Shown here: positions 1-11,028 of the stretch, one piece after another
How positions within the stretch are numbered: position 1 is the stretch's first letter
Layout: every line of letters begins with the position of its first letter
Origin: Verrucomicrobiota bacterium
GTDB lineage: Bacteria; Verrucomicrobiota; Verrucomicrobiia; Opitutales; Coraliomargaritaceae
NCBI GenBank assembly: GCA_039815375.1
Contig: JBCBZJ010000001.1
Span: 224,001 to 288,000, forward strand
Length of the DNA stretch: 64,000 nucleotides
Direction of reading: 5' to 3'
The notes under the pieces: model-generated
What the model was told of the DNA's origin: nothing
Seen by the model: the letters and a program-made list of their open reading frames with translations, nothing else
Databases searched by the model: none
Program-made: the position numbers and the translations under genes

Positions 1-553
1 CTTTTACGCCCTCATCGGAGACCCAGAAGGCGTAGTCTCCAGCCTGAGGGCTATTTTGATCGATCTGGACTAAGGAAACTCTGACCGCCGCCTCATTCGC
101 TGTTTCCGGAAATATCTCTATCGAGCTACCTGTGGGCCCGGTAAGAGGATCTTGGTTGTTTCCCGATACAAGCCATTGGGGATCAGGATTGACCCCACCA
201 GCTAGATCGGAGTCCCATAAACCGGTCCAAAACTTCGAATTTAGGTTGAAGTTGCCATCACCGAGAATCTCTGCCCGTGCAGTAATCTTTTGATCGGGGC
301 CAGCCAGCTTTTGCACATTCCCGACTGCAATTAACATCCCAAGCCTGGCATTCTCACGGGCTAGGATCTGCTTTACTGAGCGGTCTGCGTTGGAGGTTTC
401 GACTGAGATCAGTGTTGTGAGGCTGAGAAGCAGTAGCACAACAAAAGACATCATACTAAGCGAGAGAACCACAGCAAAACCTCGATTCTGCAGATTATGG
501 GTCTGTATCTTAGTGCACCGATTAACGAATGCGGATGTGCTTTTCGGATTCAC
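1..553 (-). CDS. 5' part of a pilin-like (PilX/type IV prepilin N-terminus) Verrucomicrobia-type protein; runs off the window
   Basis: Not in ORF track. Manual translation from GTG at 553: MNPKSTSAFVNRCTKIQTHNLQNRGFAVVLSLSMMSFVVLLLLSLTTLISVETS...FWTGLWDS...WLVSG...GDYAFWVSDEGVK, open to base 2. G|F followed by a hydrophobic helix resembles a class III signal. Confidence 0.7.
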   Translation of the reverse strand, partial: MNPKSTSAFVNRCTKIQTHNLQNRGFAVVLSLSMMSFVVLLLLSLTTLISVETSNADRSVKQILARENARLGMLIAVGNVQKLAGPDQKITARAEILGDGNFNLNSKFWTGLWDSDLAGGVNPDPQWLVSGNNQDPLTGPTGSSIEIFPETANEAAVRVSLVQIDQNSPQAGDYAFWVSDEGVK

Positions 554-724
554 GGGTTTAGTAAGCAGGATATTTGCCTGTATGAGAACTGAATCTAAGA
601 TAGATTCCGATCTGGCAAATTATCAAGCGACCTGTCACCTAAATATAACAGACCCGCATAGGAGAACATTACTCCTAAAATTGAAAAATGGGTATTAAAC
701 CCTATGTCTTTGAAGGTATTTTAG

Positions 725-1270
725 CTAAACTAAACCAAGGACCATTTTACCTTCCTCGGTAATCATATCCTGATTCCAAGGGGGGTCCCAGACGATGTCT
801 ACTTGGGCTTCGGCCACACCAGCTACACCTTCTAGGTGGGTTTTAGCGTCTTCTGCGATGACTGGGCCCATTCCGCAGCCGGGGGCGGTCAATGTCATTT
901 GCATGTCTACCTTGTTGCCACCTTCTACACGCTCGCTGGTTTCTAGTGAATAAACAAGGCCGAGATCGACAATATTGACAGGGATTTCCGGGTCGAAAAC
1001 CTTTCGCAGAGCTTCCCAAAGCGTTTCTGTCTCGACCGGGCCGTTAGCACCTTCTGCATTGGCTGCCTTGGCTTTTTCGGTCACTTCCTCGCCGAGAGCG
1101 TCTGCATTGGCCCCGCTGATCCGGAACATGCCGTTGTGCGTCATTACCGTGTAGTTCCCGCCGAGGCGATGTGTGATGGTGACTTCCTCGCCCTCCGGCA
1201 GGGTCATCGGCGTGCCTTGTGGGATGAGGGTGACTTCAACTTCGCGAGTCAGTGTGCGTTGGTCGTCCAT
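725..1270 (-). CDS. sufT: Fe-S cluster assembly protein SufT (DUF59/PaaD-like)
   Basis: [26 protein letters not shown] and VWDPPW motifs; last gene of the suf operon. Confidence 0.88.
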   Translation of the reverse strand: MDDQRTLTREVEVTLIPQGTPMTLPEGEEVTITHRLGGNYTVMTHNGMFRISGANADALGEEVTEKAKAANAEGANGPVETETLWEALRKVFDPEIPVNIVDLGLVYSLETSERVEGGNKVDMQMTLTAPGCGMGPVIAEDAKTHLEGVAGVAEAQVDIVWDPPWNQDMITEEGKMVLGLV

Positions 1271-1414
1271 GGTAAAGAAGTTAGAATCTAGGAGTTAGAA
1301 GTTGTTTTTTAGTATACCGGGATGGTCTAAATCGAAATCGTGGTTATCCCCTTAATTCGATTTCGAACAAGATATTGATTTTGCTTACATCTTTTACGTT
1401 GTGCGCAGCTGATT

Positions 1415-2719
1415 CTAGGAAATCTTCTCGCCAAACTTTTTGTGTATAAGCTGACGAAGATTTTCAGCAAGTTCTTCACTTTCGATCTTTTCGATGACCT
1501 CTTCGAAGAAACCGAAGACCATAAGTTGCATGGCGATGCGTTTTGGAATGCCACGGCTCATCATATAGAAGAGTTCGGCCTCGTCGACGTTGCCGGTAGT
1601 GGCACCGTGTGAGCACTTCACATCGTTAGCCAGAATTTCGAGACCGGGCATGGAATTCACGTCGGCTGTCGGGTCGAGCAGTAAGTTACGGTTGGTTTGA
1701 TAGGCGTCTGTTTGCTGTGCACCTTCGGCTACCTTAATGAGGCCTGAAAAAATGGTGCGGCTTTTGTCAAGAAGTGCATTCTTGTAAAGCAGGTCTGACA
1801 CAGCGTTCGGCGCATTATGCGTTTGAAAAGTGCGTTGGTCGAACTCCTGAGATTCCTCGGCAACGGTCAGCGAATACATCTTCACGTCGGCGCCTGCGCC
1901 TTCGATACGTGTTTGGTTTTCGTAGCGCGCGCGGGCGGCACCAATATTGACAGCGAGATTTTTTACCTGCGCGTTGCGTCCGGCCACAGTGGTGTCGAGT
2001 TGGAAGGAAACAGTCTTTTCATTCCAGTCCTGCACAACCTTGCGGAAGACATGGGCATTTGCCCCGGCATGTATATTGGAGACGGAAATGTTGAGCGCCT
2101 CATTCTCTTCTTTCTCCGAGAAAAAGACGTCGACTACCGCGGCCTTGGAGTTGTCTTCTGCGATGATGAGTGTGTGCGGGAAGACGGCTACGCGTTCTTC
2201 GCTGGTCCAGTAGTAGTTGACAAAAGGCTGGGCAATTTCGACACCACGGGGCACGTAGAGAATGGATCCAGCGCGGACTTGGGCGGCGTGCAGCCCGAAG
2301 AACTTCTCGGAACCCAGCTCGGTGGATTCTTGAAGGAAATATTTCTTCATCAACTCCGGATGCTTTTCGACTGCTTCGGCGATCGGCAGATAGATTACGC
2401 CTTTTTCAGCAAGCGCTTCGCTTATGCTTTCGAAACGTGCGGAATGATCGTCGACGTAAACCATACTGCCGGCACGCTCAGTGACGAGGTTCGACCGTGC
2501 CTCGAACTGAGCAAGCTGCTGCTCGCTAATGGTGTTGCTGGGAGCATAACCTTCGGTGCTGAGTCTGCCGACAGATGCGAAACGCCAGCATTCGTCTCGG
2601 GCCGAGGGAGCAGGCAAAGTTTCGAACTGAGTCTTGCCGTCTTCGCGGCGGGCTGCCAGCCATGCAGGTTCTGTAGTAGTGCTGGGTGTCACGGGTGCTT
2701 CTAAAGTCTCTGAAGTCAT
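1415..2719 (-). CDS. sufD: Fe-S cluster assembly protein SufD
   Basis: [19 protein letters not shown] and FYMMSRGI motifs; downstream of sufB. Confidence 0.95.
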   Translation of the reverse strand: MTSETLEAPVTPSTTTEPAWLAARREDGKTQFETLPAPSARDECWRFASVGRLSTEGYAPSNTISEQQLAQFEARSNLVTERAGSMVYVDDHSARFESISEALAEKGVIYLPIAEAVEKHPELMKKYFLQESTELGSEKFFGLHAAQVRAGSILYVPRGVEIAQPFVNYYWTSEERVAVFPHTLIIAEDNSKAAVVDVFFSEKEENEALNISVSNIHAGANAHVFRKVVQDWNEKTVSFQLDTTVAGRNAQVKNLAVNIGAARARYENQTRIEGAGADVKMYSLTVAEESQEFDQRTFQTHNAPNAVSDLLYKNALLDKSRTIFSGLIKVAEGAQQTDAYQTNRNLLLDPTADVNSMPGLEILANDVKCSHGATTGNVDEAELFYMMSRGIPKRIAMQLMVFGFFEEVIEKIESEELAENLRQLIHKKFGEKIS

Positions 2720-2764
2720 TTTCTTAATATAGGTTTAGCTTGGGCGTTTAAGGGTCGCCGGCTT

Positions 2765-4189
<1,425 letters not shown>

Positions 4190-4225
4190 AATGGCTGAAA
4201 GTGAGAGTGTTTGTTGGTGTGGTGA

Positions 4226-4987
4226 TTAGGCTGTAGCGGTTGCAAATTCTTCTTTCACCCAGTCATAGCCTTTTGACTCGAGCTCTTTAGCGAGTTCAGC
4301 ATCGCCGCTGTGGACGATGCGGCCGTCGAACATGACGTGGACCACGTCCGGCACGATGTAGTCCAGAAGGCGCTGATAATGAGTGATCACCAGAAAGCCG
4401 CGATCAGAGCCACGCATCAGATTGACGCCTTCGGAAACGATGCGTAGCGCGTCAATATCGAGGCCGGAATCAGTCTCGTCCATCACACAGTACTTCGGAT
4501 CTAGCATGGACATTTGAAGGATTTCGCAGCGTTTCTTTTCGCCGCCGGAGAAGCCTTCGTTCAGAGAGCGTGCGGTGAATTTACGGTCCATCTTGAGAGC
4601 GTCCATCTTCTCATAGAGTTCTTTATAGAACTCAACTGCGTTGATTTCTTCACCTTCAGGGAGGCGTGCCGCGCGGGCTGCGCGAATGAAATTGGCGATA
4701 GAGACCCCTGGGATTTCAAGTGGATACTGGAAGGCAAGGAAAAGGCCCGCATGTGCGATCTCATCAGGCTCTTGGCCGAGGATGCTTTCGCCATCGAGAA
4801 GTATTTCCCCGCTTTCTACGGTGTAGTCTTCATGGCCGGCCATTACCTTAGCGAGGGTGCTTTTTCCGGTGCCATTCGGGCCCATCAGTGCGTGAACTTC
4901 ACCTTTGGGTATAGTGAGGCTAAAATCCTTTAAGATGGCTTGACCATCGATGGATACGTTGAGGTTTTTGACTTCGAGTGTGCTCAT
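4226..4987 (-). CDS. sufC: Fe-S cluster assembly ABC ATPase SufC
   Basis: Walker [38 protein letters not shown]. Confidence 0.97.
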   Translation of the reverse strand: MSTLEVKNLNVSIDGQAILKDFSLTIPKGEVHALMGPNGTGKSTLAKVMAGHEDYTVESGEILLDGESILGQEPDEIAHAGLFLAFQYPLEIPGVSIANFIRAARAARLPEGEEINAVEFYKELYEKMDALKMDRKFTARSLNEGFSGGEKKRCEILQMSMLDPKYCVMDETDSGLDIDALRIVSEGVNLMRGSDRGFLVITHYQRLLDYIVPDVVHVMFDGRIVHSGDAELAKELESKGYDWVKEEFATATA

Positions 4988-5027
4988 TTTAGAATTAAGA
5001 ATTAGGAATTAAAAAAATGTGGTGGAG

Positions 5028-5459
5028 TTATTCGTGGCATTCGCCGCACTTACCATCGAAGGCGATGTCAATACGATGTGCGGTGTGGCCGGCAGGAAGA
5101 GAAGCTTGGAGGAGCCCGATAATCTCATCAGAGAGTTCGATGTCCTGGATCTCGCCACTTTCTTTGCAGTAAAAGTGGGCGTGTGAGGTAAGATTTGGGC
5201 AGTAGCGGGTCGGCTCACGCTCAAAGTTCACTTGCTTGATCAGGCCGCTCGCTGAGAGTGTTTCGAGGCAGTTGTAAACCGTTGCCAATGAAATAGTTGG
5301 CATTTCAGAACGGGCTCTGGCATAGACCTCATCGGCGGTGGGGTGGTCAGTCTTCTCCAGCAAAACGGAGAAAACGTGCTCGCGCTGCTTGGTAGAACGT
5401 AGTCCACTGCGCTCCAAGGCATGATCGAGCCGTTCTTTATATTCTGGACTAAGTTGCAT
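5028..5459 (-). CDS. Fur-family transcriptional regulator (PerR-like), first gene of the suf operon
   Basis: [24 protein letters not shown] and C-terminal GKCGEC. Confidence 0.9.
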   Translation of the reverse strand: MQLSPEYKERLDHALERSGLRSTKQREHVFSVLLEKTDHPTADEVYARARSEMPTISLATVYNCLETLSASGLIKQVNFEREPTRYCPNLTSHAHFYCKESGEIQDIELSDEIIGLLQASLPAGHTAHRIDIAFDGKCGECHE

Positions 5460-5471
5460 GAGGGTCGTTGA

Positions 5472-5486
5472 TTGGAATAGTTCTAA
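5472..5486. promoter_or_regulatory. Per/Fur-box-like 7-1-7 operator, copy 1
   Basis: TTGGAAT-A-GTTCTAA, near-palindrome of TTAGAAT-N-ATTCTAA, 12 bp upstream of the Fur-family start. Confidence 0.55.
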
Positions 5487-5547
5487 TTACAATTATTGCT
5501 TTTGAAATATGCAATAAACGAGCAGTCTTTCGTAAATCAAGCAATAA

Positions 5548-5562
5548 TTAGAATAATTCTTA
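5548..5562. promoter_or_regulatory. Per/Fur-box-like 7-1-7 operator, copy 2
   Basis: TTAGAAT-A-ATTCTTA, one mismatch from a perfect palindrome, in the AT-rich divergent promoter region. Confidence 0.6.
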
Positions 5563-5663
5563 AAATAATTACTATTAATCCGGACCATCAATCCGTTTAA
5601 TTTGTAAGAGCTTGGTCTTAAATGCTTTGCTTGAGAGGTGCTTTTCTTGCTTATCTTGGATAA

Positions 5664-6647
5664 ATGAGTGCTCAAAAGGCTATTCGCCACCATAGTTTCG
5701 GTAAACCTGAAGAAGTGCTTCGTCTTGAGGAAATACCGATTCCCGAGCCGACGAAGGGTGAAGTCAGGGTAAAGCTCCTCGCGGCCACGATCAATCCTTC
5801 GGATTACGGTATGATCGGTGGCAGTTATGGCAGGCTCCGCGAGCTACCGACGGTGGCAGGTCGCGAAGGTTTAGGGCAGGTGGATGCCCTCGGTCCCGGT
5901 GTGAAATCGATCGACCTAGGCGCGCACGTTCGTTTCTCCGAAAAGGGAGCTTGGCAGGAATACGCTTGTCTCCCGGTGAATGATCTCTTCGTCGTTCATC
6001 ATCGCAGTGTCCCTGTTGAGCAGGCAGCTATTTCCTTTATCAATCCGCCAACGGCCTACTGCCTTCTGAAAAAGGTGGTCGATCTGCCCAAGGGCAGCTG
6101 GGTTGTGCAAAATGCAGGCAACTCGGCGGTGGGCCTTTCTGTTATCCAGATGGCTAAGGCAATGGGGCTCAAAACCATCAACCAGGTGCGCCGTCAGGAA
6201 TTGATGGAACCGCTCAAGGAAATGGGTGCCGACCAGGTGGTCCTTGAGGGCTCTGGCTGGGTCAAACAGGTCGCGGAGCTGACCGGCGGTGAACAGGTCC
6301 GTCTCGCCCTGAACTCGATTGGTGGAGAGAGCGCTGCGGATCAGATCAAGGCGCTCGGCGATGGCGGCACGCAGGTTACTTTCGGAGGAATGGTCGGCGA
6401 CCCGATTCGCTTCCCCACACGGTTCCTCATTTTCAATGATGTGCGCTTGGTTGGATTCTGGTGGGATAAATTCTGCAGCACGCAGGGGCCTGAGGTGATC
6501 TCGGAAGTGATGGATGTCGTCTATGGAATGATGGCAGACGGCAGTCTGAAGCTGCCAATTGAAGCAACATATTCCTTTTCTGAATACAAAGAAGCCATCG
6601 CGCACGACAAAGGGCCGCGCTTTGGGAAAATTCTCCTAAAGCCCTAG
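5664..6647 (+). CDS. MDR-family trans-2-enoyl-thioester reductase (MECR/Etr1-like)
   Basis: INPSD, INPPTAY, VVQNAGNSAVG, ALNSIGG and GFW motifs. Confidence 0.85.
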   Translation: MSAQKAIRHHSFGKPEEVLRLEEIPIPEPTKGEVRVKLLAATINPSDYGMIGGSYGRLRELPTVAGREGLGQVDALGPGVKSIDLGAHVRFSEKGAWQEYACLPVNDLFVVHHRSVPVEQAAISFINPPTAYCLLKKVVDLPKGSWVVQNAGNSAVGLSVIQMAKAMGLKTINQVRRQELMEPLKEMGADQVVLEGSGWVKQVAELTGGEQVRLALNSIGGESAADQIKALGDGGTQVTFGGMVGDPIRFPTRFLIFNDVRLVGFWWDKFCSTQGPEVISEVMDVVYGMMADGSLKLPIEATYSFSEYKEAIAHDKGPRFGKILLKP

Positions 6648-6650
6648 GCC

Positions 6651-7613
6651 TTATCTAAACCAGGTCTTCCAGTCCTCGCGGTAAGCTTCGAGGTTCCGCC
6701 AGTCGACAATTTTTGGTTGCGTTGCAATGACTGGTGTCTCCGGTGTGACTGAATTGTGCAGCTTTTCAACCATAGCAACAACGCTTTTGTAGCCCCATTC
6801 ATAATAGGGGTGGACGACGAGCGCATGGAGGTAACCCTCGTCGGTATAGATAAAGGCGGAAGGGGACGATTGAATTGCCACCGTCGGCATCCTGCCGGGT
6901 TGCCATGGAAGGGCCGGGAGCCCGAGTAGCGGCCAGTCCTCAAGAAATACCCAACCTTTGATGAGGTCATTCCTGTCGGCTTTCTGAGTCTCGATAATGG
7001 TTTTGATGGCCGAATGGTAGTTCGGATCAGTTTCAACGATCATCTCGATCCGTCGAAACCCCAGCACTGAGCGCACGCCATCAAGACGTGCGCTCAGTGC
7101 TGGGGTTGGCTCTTTGCTAGTCATGACGGCGACCCGCCCCTGGGTAGGAAGCTTTTCAAGTATTGCCCGGCCTGCCAGTTTACCTGCAGCCAGCTCGTCC
7201 GCGACAACAGAAGCAAGCGGCTCCAGCTCGGGGAGCTGATTTTCGAAGAAAACCACTTCTTGTCCCTGCTCCATTGCGAAACCGATGGAAGATGCAACGA
7301 TTTCTTTCGACATTGGGCTAATGATGAAGCCGTCTGCATCTTTGATGAAGAGCTCCGCCAGTGAATTCGGCTGTGACCCGCCCTGAGAGCTTTCCGGAGT
7401 GCCGATCAGCAGCTCGACATCGATAGAATATTTCTCACTGAGTTCGCGCGCCGCATCAATGGCACCCAAGTGTGCGGCCTGGTAGATGGCATCGGCTTTA
7501 TCCCGACCAATAATCCCGATTTTGTATTCGCCGAGTATTTCGTTGTTCTGGCCGAGTGCCAATTGGCATAAACAGGCTAATAGAAATATGAACTGAAGAG
7601 AAGTCTTTGGCAC
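6651..7613 (-). CDS. Periplasmic sugar-binding protein (RbsB/LacI-type fold), stand-alone
   Basis: Signal-like MPKTSLQFIFLLACLCQLALG, then GAIDAAREL, ADGFIISP, PYYEWGYKSV. Start moved to GTG 7613 because the ORF-track extension to 7715 overlaps the att copy at 7665-7690. Confidence 0.75.
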   Translation of the reverse strand: MPKTSLQFIFLLACLCQLALGQNNEILGEYKIGIIGRDKADAIYQAAHLGAIDAARELSEKYSIDVELLIGTPESSQGGSQPNSLAELFIKDADGFIISPMSKEIVASSIGFAMEQGQEVVFFENQLPELEPLASVVADELAAGKLAGRAILEKLPTQGRVAVMTSKEPTPALSARLDGVRSVLGFRRIEMIVETDPNYHSAIKTIIETQKADRNDLIKGWVFLEDWPLLGLPALPWQPGRMPTVAIQSSPSAFIYTDEGYLHALVVHPYYEWGYKSVVAMVEKLHNSVTPETPVIATQPKIVDWRNLEAYREDWKTWFR

Positions 7614-7664
7614 TTCTTTTGTGACTATCGGTTTGTTGTTGCGTTGCTTAAATAAAAAGAAAAA

Positions 7665-7690
7665 CGGTCGGCCTGATAGGATTTGGACCC
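7665..7690. repeat. Degenerate copy of the tRNA-Pro 3' end (distal att)
   Basis: CGGTCGGCCTGATAGGATTTGGACCC vs TGGTCGGGCCGACAGGATTTGAACCT (20/26), preceded by AAAA as at 24510 and 32535. Confidence 0.7.
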
Positions 7691-7980
7691 TTGTTTGAAA
7701 CGCCTGACTTATCAATAATCAAGTGGGTTTGTTCCTAAGGGCAAGTTTAACCCGGATTATGCAATAGGCTGAGAAGTGTGCTCGGCAACCGAAGAGCGAA
7801 GAGGCGTATCATCCTAACTGACTGCAGCTCTGATGGCCAGCGATGTGCGCTTGTCGCCTAAGTTCCGAGCCAAGCGACAAAACCGGTCCGGCCGCCGCCG
7901 GAACCGGAACAATTCGAAAACACCATTTTGGTGAACACATTTCTAATGCTTTGCATTGGAAATGTGGCTTATAAAAAAGC

Positions 7981-8062
7981 ACCTACCTCACTCGATATCA
8001 TGTTTTTGAAGTTCGTTTGCATCGTTTCGGTCCAATGGACATGCATAGGGAGGCAAATTTGG
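7981..8062 (+). repeat. Degenerate att-arm repeat (site 0)
   Basis: GGACATGCATAGGGAGGC at 8037-8054 followed by AAATTTGG. Upstream CCT (ends 7984) to TTG (ends 8008) is 24 bp as in site 4; TTG to arm is 7 bp shorter. Confidence 0.55.
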
Positions 8063-8184
8063 CTAGAACTGACATACATTGTCAGGAATTTAATCCTCAT
8101 AGTTTGGTAGGATTTCGCTCAGATCGGGGACATTTGTGTGCGTGAGTCTTACGGAAAGAGATACAGGCCATTTCGATCAGGCAT

Positions 8185-8209
8185 AAAAAACCGAGCGGAA
8201 TCCGCCCGG
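8185..8209 (-). terminator. Rho-independent terminator downstream of the LacI gene
   Basis: Minus strand CCGGGCGG-ATT-CCGCTCGG-TTTTTT. Confidence 0.55.
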
Positions 8210-8311
8210 ATCGTAATTGGTGAATAGCCGATTCATATGAAATCGGCATACACTCTGTATCACAGGCCTCTGTAAACAAAACAGGCCCCTGCTCGTCAGG
8301 GGCGACGTTCC

Positions 8312-9343
8312 TCACTCGCGATGTTTGATTGTCGGACCATCTTTCCAGTAACCTTGGACAAGCACTTCTTTTGGAGTTTTCGGGGATCCGAGCTGGTTCG
8401 TGTTTAAGTTCGTAATGACGAGGTCGAGTGCGGTCGCGCCCACTTGCTTCAGGTTTCCGTCAATCCCGGCGGCACAATCCATCTCCTTCGCGGTTCTGAA
8501 GAGGTAAGCGATCCCGATATCCGCAGGAGCTTTCATACTCATCTGAGACAACCATTCTTCTACCGGAAGTTTATAAACCAACAGGGCGTCTGGAGCTTCT
8601 TTTTTAAGCCAATACGAAAAATGATCAAAGCTGCTGCTGGACTCAGGTATAAACGGTGCGCATTGGTTGCTTATCGGAAGACGACGCTGCCAGTCCAGCA
8701 TACCTCCCGACCACAAATAGCCAGAAATTCGGTTGTTAAATTCGGGGACGACCAGACCGATCTTTTTGTAGCCGTAGCTCCGCATCTTATCGAGGGCCAA
8801 ACGGACGTTAAACAGACCGTGGAAGTTCGAGCGGTCGACAGCGCTTTTTCGAAAATAGGCACTGAGCCCCGCAACCGCGAAATGATCTGTCGGCAAATCG
8901 AGCTTGCGCTGAGGGTTGCGCGAGAAGCCTAACAAGACGCCCTTGATGCCCCGCACATGCAGCACCTTTTCAAGCTTAAGCGGATCGTCTCCGTAATCAC
9001 TTAACGCGAATTCTTCGACTTTGAACCCCATCTCACCTGCTCTCGCCATGAGTCCTTCATACTCCCACCTGCAGACATCTTTGGTCTGCCAGCCACCTTC
9101 TGAAGCGTAATCGGTGATTAAAGCGATGGTGCCAATTTCAACATCCTCGGACCTCTTTAGCCGATTTTTCATAAGGGCGCTCACCATTGGATTCGGGCGG
9201 TATCCAAGTTGCTCTACCATCTCCAGAATCTCTTTACGCCTACTTTCACTGATACGAGTGCTGCCACTGAGCGCTCGCGATACAGTCGAGGGCGACACTC
9301 CAAGCCGCTGCGCAATATCTGACATTCTGACCGAGTCCTTCAT
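8312..9343 (-). CDS. LacI-family transcriptional regulator, divergent from the Nit1C cluster
   Basis: HTH MSDIAQRLGVSPSTVSRAL...LGYRPN; start moved to ATG 9343 (MKDSVRM). Confidence 0.9.
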   Translation of the reverse strand: MKDSVRMSDIAQRLGVSPSTVSRALSGSTRISESRRKEILEMVEQLGYRPNPMVSALMKNRLKRSEDVEIGTIALITDYASEGGWQTKDVCRWEYEGLMARAGEMGFKVEEFALSDYGDDPLKLEKVLHVRGIKGVLLGFSRNPQRKLDLPTDHFAVAGLSAYFRKSAVDRSNFHGLFNVRLALDKMRSYGYKKIGLVVPEFNNRISGYLWSGGMLDWQRRLPISNQCAPFIPESSSSFDHFSYWLKKEAPDALLVYKLPVEEWLSQMSMKAPADIGIAYLFRTAKEMDCAAGIDGNLKQVGATALDLVITNLNTNQLGSPKTPKEVLVQGYWKDGPTIKHRE

Positions 9344-9369
9344 CGAAAAAACATAAAGTATGTGCACCT

Positions 9370-9416
9370 GCGCAACAATGTGCACGCTTATAATAACTGC
9401 GTGCAACGATGTGCGC
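9370..9416. promoter_or_regulatory. Two pseudo-palindromic operator-like repeats GYGCAACRATGTGCRC
   Basis: GCGCAACAATGTGCAC (9370-9385) and GTGCAACGATGTGCGC (9401-9416), 31 bp apart, between the LacI gene and the nit cluster. Confidence 0.5.
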
Positions 9417-9442
9417 AACTTGCGGGCCTCAAATTGGCACGA

Positions 9443-9458
9443 TGGCATCTGCGTTGCT
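9443..9458 (+). promoter_or_regulatory. sigma54 (-24/-12) promoter of the Nit1C cluster
   Basis: TGGCAT-CTGCG-TTGCT, GG-N10-GC spacing, 76 bp upstream of ATG 9535. Confidence 0.7.
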
Positions 9459-9534
9459 AATAGCTCCAATGCCTGACGGAGAAATTCTCCTGATGCACAC
9501 GAACTAAAAACCGATAAAATAAAAACACAAAACC

Positions 9535-10017
9535 ATGCCAAAAGTAGAACTACCTGAACACAAAGATGGTGATTTCCTCGTCGATTACGAAGAGAAGGTC
9601 TTTGAAGATATTAAAGCCGAAGAGGGCGAAAAGGCTCTCGTTACCTTCCATACAGTCGCCTTTGAGGGCTCCATCAGCATTGTCAACACGCTCTCCGCGA
9701 CGCGTCTGTTGCGCAAAGGATACGAGACTTCGATTCTGCTCTATGGTCCAGGTGTGACGATGGGCTTTCAGCGCGGCTTCCCGACTTTGGGTGACGAAGC
9801 ATTTCCAGGGCACCTCTTTGTGAATCAGCGCCTAGCGAAATTCATGGAAGAAGGTGGCAAAGTCTACGCCTGCCGCTTCTCGACTCAGGCGCTCTACGGC
9901 CAGACCGAGAAGGCATTCATTCCAGGCATTACACCGATCAATCCGCTTGATGTCCTCGACTGCATCCTGATGCACAAGAAGGCCAATGCGGTGATCATGG
10001 ATTCTTGGACTGTTTAA
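9535..10017 (+). CDS. MSMEG_0572/Sll0783-family DsrE-like protein (NitB-like)
   Basis: [46 protein letters not shown]. Confidence 0.9.
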   Translation: MPKVELPEHKDGDFLVDYEEKVFEDIKAEEGEKALVTFHTVAFEGSISIVNTLSATRLLRKGYETSILLYGPGVTMGFQRGFPTLGDEAFPGHLFVNQRLAKFMEEGGKVYACRFSTQALYGQTEKAFIPGITPINPLDVLDCILMHKKANAVIMDSWTV

Positions 10018-10037
10018 TTTTGAGAACAAGGTAAGCC

Positions 10038-11012
10038 ATGAATACAGTCCGAGCCGCCGCCATCCAAATTGCTCCCGACCTCAACAGTGGAGCGGGCACC
10101 GTTAACCTGATGTGCGATGCCATCTCCGAGGCCTCGAAGCAAGGCGTGCAGCTCGCTGTCTTTCCCGAGACCTTTGTGCCTTACTATCCGTATTTCTCTT
10201 TTGTCGAGCCGCCGGTGCTGTCTGGAAAGGCGCACCTGCAGCTTTACAAAGAGGCGGTCGTTGTGCCGGGGCCATTGGTCAACCAACTCAAGCAGGTCGC
10301 ACTGGAATACGAAATGGTCCTCTGTATCGGTGTTAACGAGAAAGAGGGCGAGTCGCTTTACAATACACAGCTCATCATAGACTCCGACGGTGAGCTTAAA
10401 CTAAAGCGCCGAAAAATCACACCGACCTATCACGAACGTATGGTTTGGGGACGTGGCGATGGTTCCGGTTTGAAGGCGGTGGATACTGCGGTAGGCCGTA
10501 TCGGTGCGCTCGCCTGCTGGGAGCACTATAATCCGCTCGCTCGTTACACCCTAATGGCCGACGGCGAGCAGATCCACTGCGCTCAATTCCCAGGTTCCAT
10601 GGTCGGGCAAATTTTTGCCGACCAAATCGAAGTCTCCATTCGCCACCATGCTCTGGAGTCGGGGTGTTTCGTCGTTAACTCGACCGGCTGGCTCACTCCT
10701 GATCAGCGCGCCCAGATCACCGATAATGAGAAGATGCAGAAAGCGCTAAGCGGTGGATGCTACTCCGCAATTATTGCACCAGATGGCTCTCATCTTTGCG
10801 ACCCGATCACCGAAGGTGAAGGCATGGCCATCGCCGATCTGGACTTCTCCCTGATTACCAAGCGCAAGCGCATGATGGATTCGGTCGGTCACTATGCGCG
10901 GCCTGATCTGTTCTCCCTTAAAGTAAATAAGGCAGAACAGCCCGCCATCGAAGTCACTGAACAAAATAAAATTCAACCGCCTTTTGAAAATGAGTCAGTC
11001 GCTAGTTTCTAA
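10038..11012 (+). CDS. Nit6803-family (Nit1C) nitrilase, NitC-like
   Basis: Catalytic triad FPETF / [11 protein letters not shown] / [22 protein letters not shown]. Confidence 0.93.
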   Translation: MNTVRAAAIQIAPDLNSGAGTVNLMCDAISEASKQGVQLAVFPETFVPYYPYFSFVEPPVLSGKAHLQLYKEAVVVPGPLVNQLKQVALEYEMVLCIGVNEKEGESLYNTQLIIDSDGELKLKRRKITPTYHERMVWGRGDGSGLKAVDTAVGRIGALACWEHYNPLARYTLMADGEQIHCAQFPGSMVGQIFADQIEVSIRHHALESGCFVVNSTGWLTPDQRAQITDNEKMQKALSGGCYSAIIAPDGSHLCDPITEGEGMAIADLDFSLITKRKRMMDSVGHYARPDLFSLKVNKAEQPAIEVTEQNKIQPPFENESVASF

Positions 11013-11028
11013 CACATACAGTTCAAAT

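Noticed and set aside
390..698. 102-aa plus-strand ORF
   Set aside because: Antisense to the pilin-like gene and its promoter; no recognisable motif.
1817..2704. Long antisense ORFs (this 295-aa one; also 5916-6605, 27089-27796, 42422-43015 and many within 50-63 kb)
   Set aside because: Shadows of well-supported genes on the opposite strand, expected from codon bias.
4989..5011. Short heptamer repeats (AGAATTA x3; similar at 1275-1303)
   Set aside because: Low-complexity intergenic repeats of 3-4 units with no evidence of function.
7614..7715. N-terminal extension of the sugar-binding protein ORF
   Set aside because: It translates the reverse complement of the att copy (QILSGRP); the signal peptide starts at GTG 7613.
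7740..7767. dif/Xer-like sites (TTTAA-CCCGGA-TTATGC here; GATAA-TCCAG-TTATGC near 31072)
   Set aside because: Only the TTATG part matches the XerD arm; the second has a 5-bp spacer; too weak to call.
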